Below are positions 13,161-22,620 of a stretch of DNA of 64,000 bases, piece after piece. The DNA lies in NCBI GenBank assembly GCA_964016885.1, contig OZ024744.1, positions 68,076,001 through 68,140,000 on the forward strand. Direction: 5' to 3'. Source of the stretch: Eledone cirrhosa (taxonomy: Eukaryota). How positions within the stretch are numbered: position 1 is the first letter of the stretch; each line of letters begins with the position of its first letter. The position numbers were made by a program, and so were the translations under genes. The notes below the pieces were generated by a model. That model ran no database searches and was not told the DNA's origin. It saw nothing but the letters and a program-made list of their open reading frames with translations.

Positions 13161-13792
13161 GTTATAAATGAGGGTGGCATAAGGAAGGGCATCCAGCTGT
13201 AGAAACCTAACCAGAAATAGTTCTGTATGAGCAAGACGGTCACCTGACTCAACTTGCCTCAAATGGGACAACCTCCCTAACCCATGCTATCTTGGAAAAT
13301 GTACGTTAAACAATGATGATGATGATGATGATGATGAAAGATGTGTATTTACTATAAAAGGTTGTCATGGTTTGCTGACCAAGGAGGATGTAATGTTGAT
13401 GCATTTGATGGTATGCTCAGGAAGAGAAAAAAGTCACAGTGGACATGACTTCTTAAAAAATGACCATAAAAAGAGTGACAAAAGGACACATCACCAGAAA
13501 GAAGCAGACTGATTAAAAAGACACGTTCTCATGTTCTCCACATTCCATTAGGTTTAAAAAAAAAAAAAGGCTTCCACATATGAAATGAGAGAAGACAAGG
13601 TAGGTTAGATGCTACAATTTATGTACACTCTCATACACTAATATAGTTGATACAGTTGGTTATCAACAGAGAAAATATGAACAAGAAGGGTGATCCATAG
13701 ATTTGCTGTTCTGGGATGGATTTATGTAGAAAATTTTTTTTGTGTGGATTTAGATCTGGTAGCTATGATGAGAAGATGGAGATATATTAGAA

Positions 13793-14760
13793 CAAGGGTC
13801 GGCAACCTTTTGGGGTGTGCAGGCCACATAGCTATGCAGTGACTCATCAACAGGCCACATAGCTATGCAGTGACTCGTCAACAGGCCACATAGCTATGCA
13901 GTGACTCATCAACAGGCCACATAGCTATGCAGTGACTCATCAGCAGGCCACATAGCTATGCAGTGACTCGTCAGCAGGCCACATAGCTATGCAGTGACTC
14001 ATCAACAGGCCACATTGCTATGCAGTGTCTCGTCAACAGGCCACATTGCTATGCAGTGTCTCGTCAACAGGCCACATAGCTATGCAGTGTCTCGTCAACA
14101 GGCCACATTGCTATGCAGTGTCTCGTCAACAGGCCACATAGCTATGCAGTGTCTCGTCAGCAGGCCACATAGCTATGCAGTGTCTCGTCAGCAGGCCACA
14201 TAGCTATGCACTGTCTCGTCAACAGGCCACATTGCTATGCAGTGTCTCGTCAACAGGCCACATAGCTATGCAGTGTCTCGTCAGCAGGCCACATAGCTAT
14301 GCAGTGTCTCGTCAGCAGGCCACATAGCTATGCAGTGTTTCGTCACCAGGCCACATTGCTATGCAGTGACTCATCAACAGACCACATATGCAGTGACTCG
14401 TCAGCAGGCCACATTGCTATGCAGTGACTCATCAACAGACCACATAGCTATGCAGTGACTCGTCAGCAGGCCACATAGCTATGCAGTGACTCATCAACAG
14501 ACCACATAGCTATGCAGTGACTCGTCAGCAGGCCACATTGCTATGCAGTGACTCATCAACAGACCACATAGCTATGCAGTGACTCATCAACAGACCACAT
14601 AGCTATGCAGTGACTCGTCAACAGGCCACATAGCTATGCAGTGACTCGTCAACAGGCCACATAGCTATGCAGTGACTCATCAGCAGGCCACATAGCTATG
14701 CAGTGACTCATCAACAGGCCACATAGCTATGCAGTGACTCATCAACAGGCTACATAGCTG
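13793..14760. mobile_element. hAT (Charlie-like) MITE inflated by a 31-bp tandem array
   Basis: Left end CAAGGGTCGGCAAC; 8-bp direct repeat TATTAGAA at 13785-13792 and 14761-14768. The right TIR is eroded to CTG. Confidence 0.7.
13820..14760. repeat. 31-bp minisatellite, ~30 copies
   Basis: Unit CAGGCCACATAGCTATGCAGTGACTCATCAA, contiguous with no spacers. Confidence 0.97.
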
Positions 14761-15049
14761 TATTAGAACAGTCTTAGATACATGTATCACTATCTTCATT
14801 TAATGTCCGTTTTTCTGCTAGCAAGGGCTGGATGGTCCATCATAGACTAAATCAGTACTCAAGAAAAAGGAGGCCTGCATCTCATTTATTTATGTTCCCA
14901 CACTTTATTGGATGCTCAGGCAGGCTGCGAGCCCTCATCTCTCTTACAAAATGTTCCTATGTTTTAACAAGTACATTTTATATGAGCCCCCAGGTTGACA
15001 GGGATCAAATTCTCAACAAAGAGATGTCAATGTATGTGTAGTGGTAAGA

Positions 15050-15990
15050 CAGGAATTAATAATTGTTTCTATTTTTGGCACAAGGCCAGCAATTACCCAG
15101 TACATTACTGGTACTTTATTTTATCGAACCCGTAAGGGTGAAAGACAAAATTAACCTCAGCGGGATTTGAACTCAGAATGGTTCAAAGCCCGCCGAGGTT
15201 AATTTAATAATTGTTTCTACTTTTGGCACAAGGCCAGCAATTACCCAATGCATTACTGGTACTTTATTCTATCGACCCCGGAAGGATGAAAGGCAAAGTT
15301 AACCTCGGCGGGATTAACGAGGTTAACTTAATAATGGTTCCTAATTTATGAGGAGAAAGTGAATTACATCTACCCCCAGTACTTGATCAACCACAAAGGA
15401 TGAAAGGTAAAGTTGACTTCTGCAGGATTTGAACTAAGAATGTAAAAGGCTGTAACTAAAAGCATCAAAGCATTTTGTGTGACGCTCTACTGATACTGCC
15501 AATCCACCACCTTAAGACAGAAATAAATAATTGTTTCTACTTTTGGCACAAGGCCAGCAATCACCCAGTACATTACTGGTACTTTATTTTATCGACCCCG
15601 TAAGGGATGAAAGACAAAGTTAACCTCGGCGGGTAGAAATAAATAATGATTTCTAGTATAGGCACAAGGCCAGTAATTTGGGGGGAGGGAAAAGTCGATT
15701 AAATCGACCCCAGTGCATTACTGGTGCTTGATTTTATCGACCCCGTAAGGATGAGGGCCAAAGTTAACCTTGGAAGGACTTGAACTCAGATCATAAAGGA
15801 CCGTAACTCTATGCTGCAAAGCATGGTATCCGATTCTCTACCGATACTGCTAATCCACCGCCCTAAGACAGGAATTAATAATGTAGATAATTTCTAACTT
15901 TGGCACAAGGCCACAATTATGTAGAGGAGGAGTATAATTGGTTAGTTGATTCACTTGATATCAGTATATTAATGGTACTTTTGCCTGCAA
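15050..15990 (-). mobile_element. Tandem cluster of about six same-orientation SINE copies, full and 5'-truncated
   Basis: GGCACAAGGCCAG..CCCAG..ACTGGTACTTTATTTTATCGACCCC repeated at ~15077, 15225, 15545, 15661 and 15902, plus a diverged copy at ~15340-15510. Confidence 0.85.
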
Positions 15991-16322
15991 AAATTGGCAC
16001 CAAGCCTTAAAAAAAACTTTTTTGAAATCATGTGTAAGACAAATTCTTACACAGATAGAGGTATAGTTAATAAAATTATCATCATTGTTATTATTATTAT
16101 TATTATTGAATGCCATGGTTGACGGAGACTCGGCTCTGTAAGGTATAGTAATTTTTAACCGTTAAAACAATTGTAAATTGTTTAAAACTTGAACCAAATT
16201 GTTGATAAAGACACCCTCCTCCTCGTGAGAGGGGTCTTTCTGTCCGTTATTTGGCCCTTCGGGGTTAAATAACCAGTTATTGGGGTTTTGTACCCAAAAT
16301 TTCATTTTAAACAAAAAACAAC

Positions 16323-18406
16323 ATGGCTACGAAAAAGAAATTTCATACGTCACGCCCACTCATTCCGTCTTCTTCTTCCTCAATCATCACTACAGCAGAG
16401 AGAAGATTGTCTCTCTCCCTCCCTTCTTTAAATGTGTCTCTCTCCCTCTCTTCTCTTTCGCAAGTGACGAAAGAAAAGAAAAGTCTCGTGCAAAGCGTGC
16501 AAGGTTTCTCCACGACGACGACAGCGACGAAACAGGTGTGCGGGAAATACGAAAACCCAGTTCATTCGTCTGACGTCAGGAATAATAGCAGTAGCAGCTG
16601 TAATAACAACAGCAACAGTGACAATGAAAACAACAGTAGCAGCCGCAACAGCATCACCAGCAGCATAAACAACAACAGCATTAGCAGCAGCAACACCAAC
16701 AACAACCACAGCAACAGCGGCGGAGGCAGTAGTCGTAGTACCCGCAGCAACAACAAAAGTACCAGCAGCTCTGACGACAACAACAACAGCAGAGAAAAAC
16801 CAATCTCATTTGCAGGTATTGCGAAAAACTTGGAAACAATCCTCATAACAAATGAGGAATTAGAGGAAGCGAAGAAGATGGTGACAAAGAACGGACACCG
16901 AGCAATCTGCAAGGCAGCGGAAAAATGTTTCGAAACCCAAGAGCACTGTACGGTCACGTACCGTACAGTAAGTACAAAATCCCGTAGGGTGGAAAGAGCC
17001 ACAGAGGCCCAAATACAAAAAGCCTTGGGGTCTGTGTGGCAGCGGAAAACGCACATCACCCGGGGCAAAAAATATGCCACCGTAGACGTACTTTTTGCCA
17101 CACCCCAGGAGGCAAAGGCCCAATCAGTAGTGACCCTAAGGAGCGAGGAAATGGTGTTGGTGCCCTCCTACTGTGGGCAAAAAATTGTGAGGGTCAAACT
17201 GACCCACGTCCCCTCCCGGAATGACCCCTTCTTGGCTGGCCGCGTCTGTCCTCGTCGGAATCGAGGACAAAACAACTGTACTGCAAGTACAGAAAAAAGT
17301 AAGAGAAGATTGGGTCGGCTCCTCCATTGAGATGCTAATCCAAACCAACCAGGAGTGCATCGAAGCTATCCCGGATGTGATAGACTTCGATAACGGCACT
17401 CAACTGCCCATAAGTGTTGAGGGCAAACGCCCGAAATGCTTTCGCTGTGGATCGAAGACTCACCTCAGGGCCTTCTGCAACGAGAAGACCCTGAGAAAGG
17501 AGAAAACCCCCCTCCTTCCGAATCCGGCTCCACGGCTACCAGCAACAGGACAAGCGGCAACCAGGAACGATAGGCCCGTGGCACCCATACCCAGTCCACG
17601 GAAATCAAAAACAGCAGCAGCAGTGGAAATACTAACAACAACAACAGCAATACCAAATGCAGCTGCAACAGAGACTCCAATGCAAACATCACCAACAACA
17701 ACAAGTGAAAGAGTGGAGCTGGTACCCCTCCCCGACCTCACAGAATCAGACATGGAGTGTGAGGTGGGAGAGAGATGGCAAAAGGCACAAACGCAGAAGC
17801 AGCGCATCGTCGCCTTTGAAAAGGGAGGAAAGAAATGAGAAAAGGGTAAAGTCTACTGCAAAGAGACCCACAGCAGCAACAACACCAACACCCTCACCAC
17901 CCACACTAGCACCACCATCACCACCGGCGACAACCCCACCGCCAACAACACCTTCAACACCACCACCACAAGCACCAACATCGCAAACACAACAACAAAA
18001 CACACACACCCAGCAACAACGACAAGAAAATAGCAGAACCACACCCCACCCCCAGAAAAACAAATGCACGGCAATAAATACACACAACAAGAAACTAATG
18101 ACTTACATAATTGAACACACAGACATTTCACAACAGGACTACATAATACCAGCACCAATCAAAACGCCAACTAACATAAGACTGCTAAAAATAGCACAGA
18201 AACAATACACAAATATTAAAACGAAATTCCCCAACGCAGTTGGTGATTTCAGGGACCTAGGAGGAACCATCAATCGAAGAGTATACTCAGATATTCTCTT
18301 AGAAGAGCCGACGACCAGCCGAAGGGACGATTCAACGGTCCCTTCACCAGACGATCAAGTGAAAAGGGATGTAAAAACCATCCCTCCTCTACCAAAAGTA
18401 CGGTAA
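16323..18406 (+). pseudogene. Tx1 ORF1 with CCHC zinc knuckle, two frameshifts
   Basis: Track ORFs 16323-17330, 17221-17838 and 17657-18406 join after correcting a 1-nt insertion (~17213) and a 10-nt deletion (~17784), both seen against copy C. Contains ISFAGIAK and CFRCGSKTHLRAFC. Confidence 0.88.
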
Positions 18407-18441
18407 GTGGTCTTTCCCATCTTTTCCACTCTATTTTAAAC

Positions 18442-21400
18442 ATGACCTCAATCAGAATAGGCAGCATAAATGCGCGTGGCTTGGGGTCATCATGGAAGCA
18501 GGGTCACCTGCTCAACGACCTCAGGTCACTAAACATAGATGTAGTGGCCATCAGCGAGACCAGAATCTCCGAAGCACGGGCCTTCGCACCGATCTTCGGC
18601 GGCTACGATGTGTACGCATCTCCCAGCCGTCCTGGATCGGGTGGAGGAGTTGCTGTGCTTTTTCGGAGAGGTTTGGATCTCGCCATACGGGCCATCTTCC
18701 TGGACCCAGAGGGTAAGCTGGTGGTGCTGGACGTGACCAGCGGAGACGGGCAAGCTTTCAGGCTAGTGGCCGTCTATGCCCCGACAGGAGCAGGGCGGCC
18801 TGATTTCTTCCGGCGTCTGGAGACCTTTCTTGGAACGTCCCGCTCTTTAGTGTTAGTGGGCGACTGGAACGGGATCTTAGATGCACGCTGGGACTGTGTG
18901 GGATTAGCGGATAGGGGTGGAGGGTGCAAGAGCCTCACCAACCTGCTCAGGCGTTTTGAACTGTCTGACAGGTACCGATTGGATTTCCCGAATGTGCCAA
19001 TGTGAACTTGGACAAATCGCATAGGGTCATCCAGATCATATCTAGATAGAGTATTTTGTAGGGAAATAGATAGGTCTAGCATAGGCTGTCCACAATTCAA
19101 GATAGTCAGCTACACGGACCACAAATTCGTGATCTGTGTGCTTGACTTAGATAGGCTTCATAGACGAGGACCCGGCTACTGGAAGCTAAACGCGTCCTTA
19201 CCAGCGCGCAAGGCCTACAGAGACCGGATTAGCGGACTAGTTAAGCGGGCGTTGACGGGGGCCATCGTCAACAACAAGTGGTGGTTTGCTCTGAAAAGAG
19301 CGATTAGAATAGAATCGATTAGGTTTAGTAAGGCTTTAGCAATAGAGAAAAATAGAGCAGAGGGAGAACTAGTTAGAAAATTAGACGAGGCGCTTAGCAA
19401 AGGCATTGCGACCGACGTGCTTGCGGCGAAATTGGCCCTTGACCAATTCTTCAATGCAAAGCACGAAGGCTGCGTTGTCAGAGCAAGGGTGCGTGCTCTC
19501 AGACACGAGGGGACGAAAGCCGTTCAATGGGCCCGAGTGGCGGAGGCGCGTCGTGGCAACAAAGCCACGATCCGGTCTTTGGTGGACCACGACGGGCGCA
19601 TGCTACTCGATCCCGGGCAAATGTGTGAAGCTTTTCAGCGACACTTCGCTCAGCTGTTCGGGGGCAGCGGTGGGCCGGGTAGAGGGATGGACTTTAGTGT
19701 CTACCTCGACGGACTGCCGCGGCTCTCGGCCACTGAGGCGAAGTGTTGCGAAAAGCCGATAACAGCCGCTGAAGTAAGGGAGGCAATGACTGGCTGCACA
19801 AGGGGTAAATCGCCTGGTTTGGATGGTCTGCCCTATGAACTTTACGTACAGATGCCAGACTTGTTCGGAGGCCTCTTGGCGGACGTCTACTGCAACTGGC
19901 AACAGAACGGGAGAATTCCCAGTTCTGTGAGCCGAGGAGCGGTGGCACTGCTGAGAAAGGATCCGAACAAGGGGGATAACATAGAAAATTTCCAGCCCAT
20001 AACTCTGGGAACCTGGCACGGGTGGGTCCTTGATCAATTTAGATCAGTCGAAAGCTTTCGATAGGGTCGACCATCGTTACCTAGCGGCAGTCCTGAGGGC
20101 GGCTGGCTTTGGGCCCGTCTTCAGAGGCTGGATCGCTGCCATGCACAGCGACATCTGCTCTGTAGTGAGAGTGAACGGTCACCTGTCGGAACCGTTCAAC
20201 ATCATGCGCTCGGTCCGCCAAGGATGTCCCCTCTCGTCCCTCTTGTACGTATTGACTCTCGAGCCATTACTGCACAAACTGGAGACGTTGAGGGGAGTCC
20301 CGCGCGAACTAGGATGCGGAAGATCCGTGTCAGCATATGCGGACGATGTCACCGTAGTGGTGTCGAACGCCAAACACATCGAGGCGATCGGCACTACACT
20401 AAGAGAATACGAAGCGGTGACAGGAGCAATGATCAACCAGGAAAAATCAGTGGGCCTGCAGCTCGGCACCTGGAGAGGCAGGTCCATGCCGTCCAACAGC
20501 GTCGTCGGACGCTGGACGGACGGACCGGTTAAATTGCTAGGGGTCTGGTTCGGTCCGGACCTCCAGACGGACAAAAACTGGGACGAGGTGACGAGCAGGG
20601 TGGCTTCTCTCATCCAGAAATGGGCGGAGAGGAAGCTATCCCTGAAAGGTCGAGCGGAGGTGGCTAACGCGTACATCGCGTCTGTCATCTGCTACCGCCT
20701 GACCGTCGTACCTTGTCCTAAGCCTCGCCTGACTGCGCTGGAGCGTTTGCTCTTTCGCTTTTTGTGGAAGGGACGTGCTCCGATGGTCAGGCGGTCCATC
20801 TGTTGTCAACACCCGCTATGTGGAGGGCTGGGCATGCCGTGGCTGATGATGTGCAGGCACGCGCTCAGGCTACGACATCTCTACCTCTTCCTCGACGGTG
20901 ATCAGGTGTGGTCGCCGTTTGCTAGGCGCGTATTTCCCCAGCTCGTTTCCTTGACGGAGCTGCAGTCCTGGGTCAAGCGAAGACCGAGAGGGAGCGCCTG
21001 GTGACTGGAATGTCTTCAGGCGCTCACAGCCCTCGACCGATCGGGCAATGTGATCGGTGGAAACTCCACCTCGGCGTTCTATAGAGGATTAGTGGAGGGT
21101 AAGAGCGACGACGTACTTGGGGAAACTCTAGGCGTCGACGAAAATCAACTAGCCAATCTCTTTGGAAGTACTTTCGGGCCGGGGCCTATGGACAACTTCC
21201 AGAAATCTCTGGCCTGGCAGTGCTACCGAGGAACCTTGCCAGTTCGGGATAAACTCTACAGGCATGGAGGTGCCGTCAGCCGGGCATGTCCGAGATGCGC
21301 GCAGGGCGACGAAACCGTCCTGCACGCACTCGTCCAGTGTCCGAAAATTGCTGACTTGTGGGTTTATGTCGAACACCTGCTGTCGCGTTTAGGACGGATC

Positions 21401-21703
21401 CGGCTATCATCTGAGTCCATCGTGAGGATTGCCCCGCCCTCCTCCTTTAGCCGGGAAGGGCAGGCAGTTTTTATCTGCCTGGTGGCCATGGTGAAAGAGA
21501 TAGTATGGTGGACACGTTTGAAAGGGCTGAAGACGAGCACTTACCTCTTCGGTGATGCTCTGATTGACTTTTTCAAATTTCATTTGAAAAGGAAAATCAG
21601 AGTAGAGAGGGAAGTGCTCTCTTCCCAGCATTTTGTTGAAAGATGGGTGAGAGAAGCAAGAATGGCCCGAGTGAATGGGCCTACTCTGAGTATATATCTG
21701 TAA
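18442..21703 (+). pseudogene. Tx1 ORF2 (APE-RT-CCHC), disrupted
   Basis: GDWN, YLDRVF, TDH, DQSKAFDRV, RQGCPLS, YADD, CPRC..HALVQC. Stops at 19003 and 21002; 158-bp deletion at ~20007 relative to copy C. Confidence 0.95.
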
Positions 21704-21964
21704 ATTAAAGGTGGAAAACTGGGAGAGGGCACTTGCCTTGGTGGTCAGGGTCATTGTGGCTTTTTATTGGGCTTTCTCCACAAATGTCCCTCCGAAGTCT
21801 GCCCCCTATTGGGGAATTTTTCATTGTTATTTTCATTGTTATTTTTGTTACATCCTCTGTTTTTGTTTTTTTACACGCAGAAATGCCCATTTGTACCGTC
21901 CTGTATTGTCCTGTACTGTCCTTAATGTCTACTTTATGTGAACCCTTGTGGTTAATAAAGAAAA

Positions 21965-22001
<37 letters not shown>

Positions 22002-22584
22002 GAATGCCATGGTTGACGGAGGCTCGGCTCTGTAAGGTATAGTAATTTTTAACCGTTATAACAATTGTAAATTGTTTAAAACTTGAACCAAATTGTAGAT
22101 AAAGACACTCTCCTCCTCGTGAGAGGGGTCTTTCTGCCCGTTATTTGGCCCTACGGGGTTAAATAACCAGTTATTGGGGTTTTGTGCCCAATATTCATTT
22201 TAAACCGTAAAAAAACATGGCTACAAAAAAGAATTTTCACAAGTCACTCCCACTCTTTCCGTCATCTTCTTCCTCAATCATCATTACGTCAGAGAAAAGA
22301 TCGTCTCTCTCCCTCCCTTCTCTAAATGTGGTATCGCCTCTGTCGAAAGGGACGCCATTAAAGGAAAAAAAAAATGTAGTTTCTCGTAGCGTTCTTCATC
22401 AAGAGAATGCACGTGCCGTGGAACATTTCTCCACGACAACGACAACGACGAAAGATATGTGCGGTAAATATGGAAAGCCATTTCATTCGTCTGACGTCAT
22501 GAAGAATAGCAGCAGCAGCAGCAGCAACAGTGGCGAGAAAAATACTAGTAGCAGCCGCAACAACATCAGCAGCAGCATAAACAA

Positions 22585-22620
<36 letters not shown>

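Larger units (their letters stand above)
16108..22001 (+). mobile_element. Tx1/L1-clade LINE, full length (copy B)
   Basis: Begins GAATGCCATGG right after (ATT)n; ORF1 and ORF2; AATAAA at ~21955; (ATT)n tail 21966-22001. Confidence 0.95.

Noticed and set aside
12260-13271. 303-aa and 332-aa repeat proteins as real genes
   Set aside because: The frames are by-products of a 48-bp unit inside a SINE-like repeat; there is no unique coding flank.
13820-14760. CRISPR-like array (31-bp partly palindromic repeat)
   Set aside because: Units are contiguous with no unique spacers, there are no cas genes, and the context is eukaryotic.
17200-17840. Programmed frameshifting or three separate ORF1 genes
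   Set aside because: Comparison with copy C shows private indels at both breaks.
20000-20015. The 158-bp gap in copy B as a spliced intron
   Set aside because: The deleted segment does not have GT..AG boundaries in any register, and it shifts the frame.
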